A stretch of 64,000 nt of DNA from Bacillota bacterium (GTDB taxonomy: Bacteria > Bacillota > Clostridia > Christensenellales > SZUA-584): positions 17,121-81,120 of the forward strand of contig JAEYPO010000016.1 in NCBI GenBank assembly GCA_023410595.1, in the 5' to 3' direction. Below are positions 19,789 through 30,358 of the stretch, in pieces (positions within the stretch are counted from its first letter, which is position 1; each line of letters starts with the position of its first letter). A model generated the notes under the pieces. It saw only the letters and a list, made by a program, of their open reading frames with translations, did no database searches and was not told where the DNA came from. A program made the position numbers and the translations under genes.

Positions 19789-20322
19789 TCAGTCAATATC
19801 CGGCTCTATAAGCCCTAAATCCCCGTCCTGCCTCCTGTAGAGCACGTTTATCTCGTTCGTCTTATCATTCCTGAAAACGAAGAATTCGTGTCCCAACAGC
19901 TCCATTTGCATCTGGGCTTCCTCTAAGTCCATAGGCTTCACGACAAACCTCTTCGTGCGGACTATTTTGGGGCTTTTCTCGTCCATTGCTTCCGCACCGT
20001 ACTCATAGCCTTCCTTGGAAAACGCGCCCTCGCGAAGTCGCCGTTTAAGAGCCGTGCGGTGTTTGTGTATCTGCTTTTCCAGCTTTTCGAGAACGCCGTC
20101 TATGGAAGCATACATGTCCCCCGTGGCTTCTTCGCCGCGGAGAACGACACCATCGAAAGGAATCGTCACCTCCACAATATGTCTTGACTTTTGAATAGAC
20201 ATCGTTATGTGCGCCTCGGTGTCTTCTCCGAAATACCTCCTTAACTTCATGACCTTTTTCGTCACCATATCTTTTAAGTAATCGGATACTTCCATGCCCT
20301 TGCCAGTAATAATGACGCGCAT
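19789..20322 (-). CDS. hpf: ribosome hibernation promoting factor (long HPF)
   Basis: 177 aa. The N-terminal S30AE/YfiA domain begins MRVIITGKGMEVSDYLKDMVTKKV. The C-terminal dimerisation domain (...FVVKPMDLEEAQMQMELLGHEFFVFRN...) is also present. Confidence 0.9.
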   Translation of the reverse strand: MRVIITGKGMEVSDYLKDMVTKKVMKLRRYFGEDTEAHITMSIQKSRHIVEVTIPFDGVVLRGEEATGDMYASIDGVLEKLEKQIHKHRTALKRRLREGAFSKEGYEYGAEAMDEKSPKIVRTKRFVVKPMDLEEAQMQMELLGHEFFVFRNDKTNEINVLYRRQDGDLGLIEPDID

Positions 20323-20512
20323 AATTTTGCCCCCTTTCTATGTATTTTTAGCCCAATGGATTGAGCAATACTATTCTATATATTACCTCCTTTAAGGGAT
20401 TATAATCAGTTTAATCTTATTAATATTTTATTCTCCGGCGCAGCCCTGTTTTCCTGCATATAAAGAAGCGTTAAAAGAAAGTTCATAATCAGGGGCACAC
20501 GCCCCATTCACT

Positions 20513-20947
20513 TTAAAAGCTTCTGTTATAGTAAACTTTAAGCGTGCCTTTCACAAGAGAGGCAAACAGCGCGCCTCCAAACAGCGAAAACGACACGACG
20601 TCGCTGAAAAAGCCTGCAATAACAGCAGCAAGAATGAGGCCCAAGACCACTATGTTGATTGCAGCGCCTCCGGTTTTTGAGGCGATAACTTTGCGACGCT
20701 CATCGTTTTCTACTATATAAAGGCGCTTTATACTTTCCTCATCCCTCATTGCAAGCGCGTACCTGCGCAAAAAGAAAACAGCAAGCACCAGCGTCCCCGC
20801 GCATGCCCCAAGAGTAAAGCTTAAAGCATTTGAATCTTTGTACCCAATAACGCTATAAACATCCATTATCAAAAGAGCTGCAACCGCGAGAGCATACAGC
20901 CTCATTGCTATAATGCGCATTCTAAGCTCAGACTTGAATTTATCCAT
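20513..20947 (-). CDS. four-TM membrane protein, function unknown, coupled to the XRE regulator
   Basis: 144 aa and hydrophobic. Its ATG directly abuts the stop codon of the upstream HTH gene. Confidence 0.6.
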   Translation of the reverse strand: MDKFKSELRMRIIAMRLYALAVAALLIMDVYSVIGYKDSNALSFTLGACAGTLVLAVFFLRRYALAMRDEESIKRLYIVENDERRKVIASKTGGAAINIVVLGLILAAVIAGFFSDVVSFSLFGGALFASLVKGTLKVYYNRSF

Positions 20948-21154
20948 TTAAAAATCCTCCACCTCTGAAAAATCAAAAATATCCTCTATTGTGGTACCAA
21001 AGTATTTTGCTATCTTGTAAGCCAGTATTAATGACGCGGTGTATTTTTCACATTCTATTGAGGTTATCGTCTGTCTCGTTACGCCTACGGCCAGCGCCAG
21101 CTCCTCCTGCGAGATTCTATTTTTCTTCCGCAATTCCTGAATTTTAGATTTCAA
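20948..21154 (-). CDS. XRE-family helix-turn-helix transcriptional regulator (short, YozG-like)
   Basis: The HTH block is ISQEELALAVGVTRQTITSIECEKYTASLILAYKIAKYF. Start set at TTG 21154 with AGGAGG 7 nt upstream. The ORF-track start at 21175 includes that RBS. Confidence 0.8.
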   Translation of the reverse strand: MKSKIQELRKKNRISQEELALAVGVTRQTITSIECEKYTASLILAYKIAKYFGTTIEDIFDFSEVEDF

Positions 21155-21193
21155 CCATACACCTCCTAAATGCAATGCATGCTTTGCATATTT

Positions 21194-21222
21194 AGCATAG
21201 TGTGCTTTGCGCTAATTGTCAA
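21194..21222 (-). promoter_or_regulatory. promoter of the XRE operon with interleaved GCTTTGC repeats
   Basis: The minus strand reads TTGACA (21222-21217), a 17-nt spacer, then TATGCT (21199-21194). The 7-mer GCTTTGC begins at 21181, 21204 and 21227, an exact 23-nt spacing. Confidence 0.5.
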
Positions 21223-21527
21223 GTTGGCTTTGCAATATTATTTTTGATAAAGGATAGAAGCAGAAAGCCGGTTTTACACGAGGGCAGCATTAATATAGCC
21301 GCGTTAAGCCGGCATAAAAGCAGAGCCGCAAATAAAGAGAAATTAGTGGGAGTATGTGTCTATAAAAGTGCAGTCACGGCGGCAATAAACCTTTCTGCCT
21401 AATTTGATACCATCTGTCAATGAAGTCTTGCCGTCGAAATCGGGATCGGACGTCAAAGTGTGTCAGATACTCCTTTATAACTTCGCGGCACTTACGAGCA
21501 AAATATCGGCTCGATTGCCCAATTGAG

Positions 21528-21946
21528 TTAATACCCCCAGTCGTCAACATTCCACTCACCTGCTTCGCTGTCTCTTATCAGTATCCAGTTCCAGTCATAA
21601 TAAGTGGAGTCAGGGTTAAAGCCGCTATCAGCACCCGAGGCGTCAACTTTAAAGTCCGATAAAGCACAATTGTATTTTCAGCGGTCACTCCGTTTACCGA
21701 ACCTCTGCCGCTTTCCAAATACCCTTTAATAAACGAATCTGATTTTTCCTCATCGTACCGCAAATTAATAAGCTCGCACCCTCTGAAATCCTCGAACTTT
21801 TCTTTTACGCGCTGGGCAGCGTTTTCTATTTCCTCTCTGCTGAATTTTGACGATGTGCCTGTTACGGACACATTGACGTTATTACCGCAGGCGGCGAGCA
21901 GCAGGCCCAAAACAATTCCGATAACAGCCTTATACACTTTTTTCAT
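21528..21946 (-). pseudogene. lipoprotein gene (DUF4829-like, from memory) interrupted by a 1-nt frameshift
   Basis: The 21578-21946 ORF has the lipobox LLAACG and ends in implausible sequence. Shifting frame near 21658-21666 restores ...VLLSDFKVDASGADSGFNPDSTYYDWNWILIRDSEAGEWNVDDWGY with a stop at 21528. The total length is 419 nt, one short of a multiple of 3. Confidence 0.65.
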
Positions 21947-22145
21947 TTTTTCGCCTCCATATGAAAAGTACGTAACAGCCGCTCCGCGCTATGAGCGCCT
22001 TAGATTTGCGGAGCTTACTACGCATATTATATTAATAATATTAAGCTTAACTGCATTTCTTGTGGGTTAATATAAATTATATTACAATGTTTGGCAGGCA
22101 TCTATATTGTTCAATACAAAAAGAGGTTTTCAGACAAAATTAAAA

Positions 22146-22415
22146 GCCGTGCACCCGGAGATCGAAATAGCGCTACAAGAGGTATCACGGCAGGTTGCTC
22201 TGAGCAGACTTATCCGAGGCACACATCCAAAACCGCTTACTGCTGCTACCGTCAGGTCCTGACAGGGTTCACGGCTGTCCGTTGCACGGGGCCCACTCTT
22301 CAACGCCCCTTACCGTTTCCATACCTTACAACGCTATGCCTCAAACCGGGGATCAAACCCTGCTATAGCGGATTGCAGGTTCAGGGCACCGCTGGCTCCC
22401 CGTCTGGCACGGCAA
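22146..22415 (-). ncRNA. ffs: signal recognition particle RNA, long Bacillus-type with Alu domain
   Basis: The minus strand reads GCCGTGCCAGACGGGGAGCCAGCGGTGCCCTGAACCTGCAATCCGCTATAGCAGGG... This closely parallels the remembered B. subtilis scRNA 5' Alu domain. The domain IV core is GTCAGGACCTGACGGTAGCAGC. The 5' GCCGTGC pairs with the 3' GCACGGC, and a T-run follows. Confidence 0.85.
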
Positions 22416-22536
22416 ACTTTATTATCTTATTTTATTGTACCCATATTGTACCCAAAAAGCGCTGCGTTTGCTATAAATTATTTTTAACAATTGTGTATCT
22501 TAATTACATCAGCTTTTTAGGCTCTCTTGCAGAGAA

Positions 22537-23949
<1,413 letters not shown>

Positions 23950-23996
23950 CTAGCAGATAAAAACGCATGCGTCAACACATTAATTGCTGTCAAGCA

Positions 23997-24608
23997 TCAG
24001 TCGCCGTACGTACCTTTTGCAACCTCGTCCATTATTTCCACAACAGTTTCCTTCGGCAAAAGCCCCGCAAATCCCGTAACGACCGCCCCGTTTGCATCGA
24101 ATATGATTTGGCTTGGATACGCGTTTACGCCAAAGTCGTTTATTATCTGCCAGTCCTCGTCTATGAGCACGGTAAGGTTGTTATATCCCTGCTGCCTGTA
24201 CCACTCTATAAAGTCCTCCTTGCCCATTTCGCCCGACGCTCCGGGCGACACTACGCTCAGCACCGCAAAATCGTGCGATTCTCCGGCGAACTTATCAAGG
24301 TCGGGAAGCGACGACACACACACGCTGCACCACGAGCCCCATATCTCAAGGAATACAGGCTTTCCTGAATAATCGGATAGGCTGTGCACATTCCCGTCCA
24401 CATCCTCGAATTCAAAGCTATACGCGGGCTCCTGAGTCTGAGCGCTTTGAGTTGTTTGCGGAGCGGCCGTCTGAGAGCCGGCCGACGCGGCGCTTTGGGG
24501 CGGCGCGCTTGCAGGGCCGCCCGCGGACGGCTGTGGGCTGCCGTCCGAACACGCTGCCAGCGCCAAGACGAGTACTGCCGATATTATTATCAATAAAGTT
24601 CTTTTCAT
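23997..24608 (-). CDS. TlpA/ResA-like thiol-disulfide oxidoreductase lipoprotein
   Basis: 203 aa with the lipobox LALAACS, a low-complexity linker and the thioredoxin-fold active site WGSWCSVC. Confidence 0.8.
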   Translation of the reverse strand: MKRTLLIIISAVLVLALAACSDGSPQPSAGGPASAPPQSAASAGSQTAAPQTTQSAQTQEPAYSFEFEDVDGNVHSLSDYSGKPVFLEIWGSWCSVCVSSLPDLDKFAGESHDFAVLSVVSPGASGEMGKEDFIEWYRQQGYNNLTVLIDEDWQIINDFGVNAYPSQIIFDANGAVVTGFAGLLPKETVVEIMDEVAKGTYGD

Positions 24609-24618
24609 ATGCTCCTCC

Positions 24619-25317
24619 TTATTGCGCGATGCCCGAGAACAGATACAGGCTGTCCGTGAGCAAAAACACGCCCATGATGATTATGATTACGCCCCCGACT
24701 ATTTTTATAACTCCGAGGTGCTTGTATATGCCTTTTATGCTGTTTGTCAGCAGCTGCGAAAACACCGTAAACACAAGGAACGGTACGAGCAGTCCCAGCG
24801 AATAGACCGCCATGTACAGCATTCCGGTAACAGCCCCTCCCCTGCTAGCCGTGAGCGCCAGCACAGAAGCGAGCAGGGGTCCCACGCACGGCGTCCAGCC
24901 GAAGCTGAAAGTGAAGCCCAGTAAAAACGAGCCCAAAATACCGCTTCCGCGTCTCGCTTCCAGCTTCTTTTCGCGCATCAGAAACGGAATTTTAACGAGT
25001 CCCGTCTGATATATGCCCAGCAGTATAACGATAACGCCGCAGACAGTAAGAAACACCCTCGAATTTATCACCCTGCCCAGCGCCCCGAAAGCGAGCCCAA
25101 GTATCACAAAGCTTACCGAGAGCCCCAGCACAAAAAGCGCTACGTTGCCAATAGGTTTTAAATATATGCGCAGCCTGCCCAGCTTAAGCTCTTTTTCCTG
25201 CTGCCCCGCACTGCCCAGCAGCGTTGATATAAACACGGGAATAACGGGCAATATACACGGCGAAAAGAACGACAGCGCGCCCGCCAACAGCACTCCTCCT
25301 ATTTCTATTCCCTGCAT
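24619..25317 (-). CDS. ccdA: cytochrome c biogenesis protein CcdA (DsbD-family thiol-disulfide transporter)
   Basis: 232 aa and polytopic. It has the conserved FFSPCILPVIP and GWTPCVGP Cys motifs. Confidence 0.85.
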   Translation of the reverse strand: MQGIEIGGVLLAGALSFFSPCILPVIPVFISTLLGSAGQQEKELKLGRLRIYLKPIGNVALFVLGLSVSFVILGLAFGALGRVINSRVFLTVCGVIVILLGIYQTGLVKIPFLMREKKLEARRGSGILGSFLLGFTFSFGWTPCVGPLLASVLALTASRGGAVTGMLYMAVYSLGLLVPFLVFTVFSQLLTNSIKGIYKHLGVIKIVGGVIIIIMGVFLLTDSLYLFSGIAQ

Positions 25318-25486
25318 AGTATTACTCCAAGTTATAAATTTTCATAAACTATTATACATCATCGCGGTATATAGATATGTATCAAAGTCACCATAACTTA
25401 TCCTGTACAAATAATCCGCTTTTTAGTAGAATAATTTTGTTCAGATATAAAACATGCGTATATTATTGGTTTTAAGGGGTGGGGTC

Positions 25487-26377
25487 ATGTATTACCTGAT
25501 ATTCAATCCTGCCGCGGGGGCGGGGCGTTCACGCAAGGCGCTCGAAACCGTCGAAGGGATATTAAAAGAAAAACACAAAGAATATATCATTAAAACAACA
25601 CAGTACAAAGAACACGCCACCGCTCTCGCAAGCGAAGCCGTAGGCAAAGGCTACGAGGGTATAATAAGCGTAGGCGGCGACGGTACGCTACACGAAATCG
25701 CCTGCGGCCTGCAGGATACGGAGGAGATACTGGGCGTGATACCCGCAGGTACGGGCAACGATTACCGCGACGCCATAGGAGTGAGCGCCGACCCGGCGGA
25801 AGCGATGGACGTTATACTCGCCGGTCATTCGCGAAGCATGGACATAGGGCTGATGAGCAACGGCAAAAGCTTCATCAACTTAGCGGGTACCGGCTTTGAC
25901 GTATGCGTGCTTAAAAACGCGAACAGGGTTCGCAAGGTGTTTACGGGCGGCATTGCGTATATACTTGGAATAGTGATGTCGCTACTCGGCTTTAAGAGCA
26001 TCGACATTGACATAACGATGGACGGCAAGCCGATGAAAAGGACGGTGCTGCTAATAGCCGTGGCTAATGGAACATGCTTCGGCGGCGGGCTTCGCATATC
26101 ACCTGATTCGGACACCGAGGACGGGCTGTTCAACGTAATTATAATAAACCGGGTATCGCGGCCGCGCATACTTATTGAGCTGCCGAAGCTTAAAAAAGGC
26201 AGGCTCGATAAGATATCCGTAGCGGAGCAGTTTAAATGCCGAGAAATAACGGTAGACTGCGAAACGAAACAGCCGCTCGATATCGACGGTGAGATCGCCT
26301 GCGAGACGCCCATGACGTTTACATTAAAGCCTCGTGCGCTTCGTGTATTCTGTCCGGAAAAGTCCACAATTTGTTAA
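25487..26377 (+). CDS. diacylglycerol/lipid kinase family protein (YegS/DagK-like)
   Basis: Motifs NPAAGAG..., GGDGTLHE and IPAGTGND. Start at ATG 25487 after AGGGGTGG. The ORF-track start is at 25454. Confidence 0.8.
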   Translation: MYYLIFNPAAGAGRSRKALETVEGILKEKHKEYIIKTTQYKEHATALASEAVGKGYEGIISVGGDGTLHEIACGLQDTEEILGVIPAGTGNDYRDAIGVSADPAEAMDVILAGHSRSMDIGLMSNGKSFINLAGTGFDVCVLKNANRVRKVFTGGIAYILGIVMSLLGFKSIDIDITMDGKPMKRTVLLIAVANGTCFGGGLRISPDSDTEDGLFNVIIINRVSRPRILIELPKLKKGRLDKISVAEQFKCREITVDCETKQPLDIDGEIACETPMTFTLKPRALRVFCPEKSTIC

Positions 26378-26474
26378 CTTTTTTCACTTTCACTACAAAG
26401 CATGGCCGGCTATGGTATAATATATTACTATAAACCGACGCTTAAGAGTCTTATCATTAGGGTTGAGGTGCAGT

Positions 26475-27578
26475 GTGTACTTAAACGCAAAAACAAAAAA
26501 GCGGATCCCGAGACGGACCGTTTTGTTTTTATCAATAATACTCATTGTAGTCATAGTGTTCATAACGGGCATCGTGATGCTGCTTACGAGAGGAAAAGAG
26601 ATAAAGGATACTCTCGTGCAGATGCCGTTCGGCAGAGCTGATACTTACTTCACCGCAGGCGGTAACATCGTATACGCGAAAGATGGGTTGCTTACATGCG
26701 TCGACGCGTCTTCAAAAGACTTATGGAAGGTGCAGCTCGACGCGGGCGACTGGACGTATACCTCGGAAGGCACGCTCGTGGCTGCTTCGGGCACAGACGT
26801 GATGACCGTTATAAGCGCTAAGGGCGAAAATCTTTTTTCCGCGCGCATTGACGGCAGCATACAGTCTATACGCCTCGGCAAAGATAAGGTGGCCGTATGC
26901 GCCAACCAGACGCTTACAGACAAGACTCTTTCATATATCGTGATATTCGACCTTACGGGCAGCAGCCTTTATCAGATAGATATAACAGGCAAGCACATGC
27001 TCGACTACGGGTTCGATTACGCCGGAGACCAGCTATATGTACTCGAACTCGACGTTTCGGGCTCGGCGCCGCTCTCAAGGATATCGACATACAGGCCGGA
27101 AACGCAGGCCATGACGGGTATAAAGGAGTTAAAAGACCAGCTCGTCGAAAGCGTATATTTCAGCGAGGATTCGGTATTCACACTGGGCACGAACAGCCTT
27201 GCGCAATATTCGTCGCTCAACTCGGCACCTACCGAAGTGCTTGTTTACGGCTGGGTGCTCGAGGATATCTGCAGCGACAGCGACACTAAATTTGTATACG
27301 TCCCGGGCAATGACGGCAGCACATACGATATAGCCCGCGTCATTAAATCATCGGGCAGCGAGATAAAGATAAACCTCCCCCCCGGCGTGTTTAAAATAAT
27401 GCATATGGGAGAAAAAATATATTGCTTTGCATCAAACAGTATTTTCGTTTATACTAGTGACGGCAAATATTCCCGCAGCTATACGCTTCCGCTGGCGATT
27501 GACGGAGCAAAAAGGGCGTTTGGCAGCAATGTATTTCTGACTGCGGGCGAGACTGTTTACCTCTTGCCGCTGCCATAA
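26475..27578 (+). CDS. membrane-anchored protein with a repeat-rich (possibly beta-propeller-like) ectodomain, function unknown
   Basis: A basic N-terminus and one TM helix (LFLSIILIVVIVFITGIVMLL) precede about 330 aa of extracytoplasmic sequence. The start is ambiguous: GTG 26475 after GAGG, or TTG 26463. Confidence 0.6.
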   Translation: MYLNAKTKKRIPRRTVLFLSIILIVVIVFITGIVMLLTRGKEIKDTLVQMPFGRADTYFTAGGNIVYAKDGLLTCVDASSKDLWKVQLDAGDWTYTSEGTLVAASGTDVMTVISAKGENLFSARIDGSIQSIRLGKDKVAVCANQTLTDKTLSYIVIFDLTGSSLYQIDITGKHMLDYGFDYAGDQLYVLELDVSGSAPLSRISTYRPETQAMTGIKELKDQLVESVYFSEDSVFTLGTNSLAQYSSLNSAPTEVLVYGWVLEDICSDSDTKFVYVPGNDGSTYDIARVIKSSGSEIKINLPPGVFKIMHMGEKIYCFASNSIFVYTSDGKYSRSYTLPLAIDGAKRAFGSNVFLTAGETVYLLPLP

Positions 27579-27594
27579 TATCAGGAGGAACCTG

Positions 27595-28302
27595 GTGAAC
27601 CTTGTAAACGTACTGCTATTTATATTGATACTAATCGCGGTCTTTGAGGGCATATACAGAGGCTTCCTTCATTCCGCCTTAAGCCTTGGCGCGCTGTTCC
27701 TTTCCACGATAACATCTTACATATTCTATCCCGCCGTATCCGCCGCCGTTAAAGCGAGCCCCTCACTTTTTAAGTTTCTGACATATTACACCGAAGGCGC
27801 GGAGAAAATTTTAAACTTCGAGCACGCCTCGCTTTTGGTAAACGGGCTTTCGCCCGATAAACTTAATGAGATCGTTTCTACCTCTACAGCGGCCGAACCG
27901 TTTAGAACTCTCATCATCCAAAACGTGCAGACGCAGGCGTTCCAATCACAGGGGCTTACGACTATCGGCCAGTACTTCAATATGACGATAGTCTGCACCG
28001 CGCTCAACATACTTTCTTTTTTGCTCGTATTCGTTATCGCGAGGGTACTTTTCGCGTTCGTACTGGGCGCCGTCAATTATACGGTGCAGTTTCCTGAACT
28101 TAAGCGCTACGACAGAACTACGGGCGCGCTGTTCGGGGCAACGCGGGGCTTATACATATGCTTTGTTATCGTGACTATAGTTCCTGTTTTGTTTCTTGTA
28201 ATGCCGGTGGACAAGATTACAGAATACTTCCAGAGCTCTTCTTTGGGCATGTTCTTTTTCAACAACAACTTCCTGCTGCACCTTATAAGAGGTATAGTAT
28301 AA
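27595..28302 (+). CDS. CvpA-family membrane protein
   Basis: 235 aa with a CvpA-like N-terminus (NLVNVLLFILILIAVFEGIYRGFL) and four or more TM helices. GTG start with AGGAGG 6 nt upstream. Confidence 0.65.
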   Translation: MNLVNVLLFILILIAVFEGIYRGFLHSALSLGALFLSTITSYIFYPAVSAAVKASPSLFKFLTYYTEGAEKILNFEHASLLVNGLSPDKLNEIVSTSTAAEPFRTLIIQNVQTQAFQSQGLTTIGQYFNMTIVCTALNILSFLLVFVIARVLFAFVLGAVNYTVQFPELKRYDRTTGALFGATRGLYICFVIVTIVPVLFLVMPVDKITEYFQSSSLGMFFFNNNFLLHLIRGIV

Positions 28303-28327
28303 CTCTCGCTATTCACGCACTATATAT

Positions 28328-28343
28328 TGTTTCACGTGAAACA
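28328..28343. promoter_or_regulatory. parS centromere site
   Basis: Perfect 16-bp palindrome TGTTTCACGTGAAACA, which fits the Firmicutes parS consensus TGTTNCACGTGAAACA. Confidence 0.85.
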
Positions 28344-28477
28344 TTTTTAGAATTTTTGCGGAACAGCTGATATTTCCACGGGAATCTTCATTTATCAAAT
28401 CGGCCTTCTTTTAAACTATAACAAAGCCTTTACGAGTTCTTCGCAAAGGCTTAAATTGCGGCGTTATACGCGTTACT

Positions 28478-28493
28478 TGTTTCACGTGAAACA
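28478..28493. promoter_or_regulatory. parS centromere site
   Basis: A second identical TGTTTCACGTGAAACA. It begins 5 nt beyond the parB stop codon and lies exactly 150 bp from the first site. Confidence 0.85.
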
Positions 28494-28497
28494 ATTA

Positions 28498-29352
28498 TTA
28501 CTTGCTGGAAATAAGGAAATCGTAAAGGCTCTGCAGCTGGTCCTGATTGTAGTAGGAAAGCGTTATCTTGCCGCGGCGCATATCCCCCGTTATCTGTACC
28601 TTTGTGCCCAGTGCTGAGGAAAGCGCGTTCTGCGCGGATTCTATCTCGGGTATGCTTCTCTTTTGCGGCTTTGGCTTGCGCTGCGCCTTAGTATCGAGAC
28701 TTTTTATCAGCTCTTCGGTGGCGCGCACTGACAGACCGAGCTCCACTATCTTTTTCGCTATTCTTGTTTTCTCTGAGTCGCTCGCAAGCACTACAAGGCA
28801 GCGCGCGTGGCCGCTTGTTATCTCGCCGGAAACGACGAGTTCTCTGACGTCGGCAGGCAGCGACAGCAGCCTGAGTGTATTCGCTATCGCGCTTCTCGAC
28901 ATTCCGAGCCGCTCCGATAAATCCTCCTGCTTTAATTTGTATTCGTCCATGAGCATGCGCATCGCTTCCGCTTCCTCAATAGGGTTAAGATCCTCTCTCT
29001 GCAGGTTTTCCACCAGCGATACTTCCATGAACGCCTGCCGGGAGTATTCCTTTACAACGACGGGCACGGTCTCCAGCCCGGCGAGCCTGGCCGCGCGGTA
29101 ACGGCGCTCGCCTGCTATTATCATGTACCGCTCTCCGCTGCGCTGTACTATTATTGGCTGCACAATTCCGTATGTTTTGACGGACTGCGCAAGTTCGTTA
29201 AGTCTTTCGTCGTCAAACTTCTTTCTCGGCTGGTTCATGTTTGGGTCTATATCGTATACGCTCAGTTCCAGCACGCTGTCCCCCGCGGGAGCGGGCTGCG
29301 TTTCTTCACCAATGAGCGCGCCGAGGCCCTTTCCCAGTCTCTGCTGTTTCAT
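28498..29352 (-). CDS. parB: chromosome partitioning protein ParB/Spo0J
   Basis: ParB boxes LGKGLGALI and ...[31 protein letters not shown]... Start at ATG 29352 overlaps the parA stop (ATGA). The ORF-track start at 29421 lies inside parA. Confidence 0.9.
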   Translation of the reverse strand: MKQQRLGKGLGALIGEETQPAPAGDSVLELSVYDIDPNMNQPRKKFDDERLNELAQSVKTYGIVQPIIVQRSGERYMIIAGERRYRAARLAGLETVPVVVKEYSRQAFMEVSLVENLQREDLNPIEEAEAMRMLMDEYKLKQEDLSERLGMSRSAIANTLRLLSLPADVRELVVSGEITSGHARCLVVLASDSEKTRIAKKIVELGLSVRATEELIKSLDTKAQRKPKPQKRSIPEIESAQNALSSALGTKVQITGDMRRGKITLSYYNQDQLQSLYDFLISSK

Positions 29353-30125
29353 ACGTTCTCTCCTTCGTTGTATTCTATTACCTCGCCCGCCAGCTCGTTG
29401 TAGCACTGCGCCCCGAGACATGCCGCGTCGTATTTTATCACGGGCAGCCCGAAGCTCGGCGCTTCGCCCAGCCGCACGTTGCGGGGTATTATCGTCCTGT
29501 ATACCTTGTTTTTGAAATACTTCTTCACTTCGTCCACGACCTGAATGGAGAGGTTCGTGCGGCCGTCGAACATCGTGAGCACTACGCCTTCAACCTCGAG
29601 TCCGGGATTCAGGTTCGTTTTGACCAGCTTTATAGTGTTTATTAATTGCGATAAGCCCTCGAGCGCATAGTATTCGCACTGTATCGGCACAAGTATCTTG
29701 TCCGCGGCGGTAAGCGCGTTTACGGTAATAAGCCCAAGCGACGGCGGGCAGTCCATAAATATATAATCGTAATCGTTCCTTATTTCTTTAAGCGCCTGCT
29801 TCAGTATCTGCTCGCGCGCTATCCTCGCTACAAGCTCGACCTCGGCGCCCACGAGATCTATATTTGCGGGTATCACATCGAGCGTATCCACCATCGTACC
29901 TACTATTGTCTGCCGCGGGCTTACGCCGTTGATAAGTATATCGTAAGACGACGTTTTCAGCGTATGCTTGTCGATGCCAAGGCCGCTTGTTGAGTTGCCC
30001 TGCGGGTCAATGTCTATAAGCAGAACTTTTTTCCCTTTTTCGGCGATACATGCGCTGAGGTTCACGGCAGTAGTAGTCTTACCCACGCCGCCCTTCTGAT
30101 TAGCTATGGCTATAACTTTTGCCAT
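29349..30125 (-). CDS. parA: chromosome partitioning ATPase ParA/Soj
   Basis: Deviant Walker [16 protein letters not shown]. Start at ATG 30125 ([13 protein letters not shown]) with a G-rich RBS. The ORF-track TTG is at 30137. Confidence 0.9.
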   Translation of the reverse strand: MAKVIAIANQKGGVGKTTTAVNLSACIAEKGKKVLLIDIDPQGNSTSGLGIDKHTLKTSSYDILINGVSPRQTIVGTMVDTLDVIPANIDLVGAEVELVARIAREQILKQALKEIRNDYDYIFMDCPPSLGLITVNALTAADKILVPIQCEYYALEGLSQLINTIKLVKTNLNPGLEVEGVVLTMFDGRTNLSIQVVDEVKKYFKNKVYRTIIPRNVRLGEAPSFGLPVIKYDAACLGAQCYNELAGEVIEYNEGENV

Positions 30126-30358
30126 ATTTACCCCCAATAATCATATTGATAAATTTCATTATAAATCAAAAGATAAATATTTGAAAGATAAAAAGTTGCA
30201 CCAGAATTCACATATAGTTTATATTTGGAACGTTGCTTTGGAAAAGCTTGAATGATATTATCACATCGTATATCAGTTAAATTTACGTATACGCTGTTTG
30301 TTTAAAAACGGCGCCGATGTGCAATGCTATATATGACGGACTTAAAGGAAGTGGCTTT

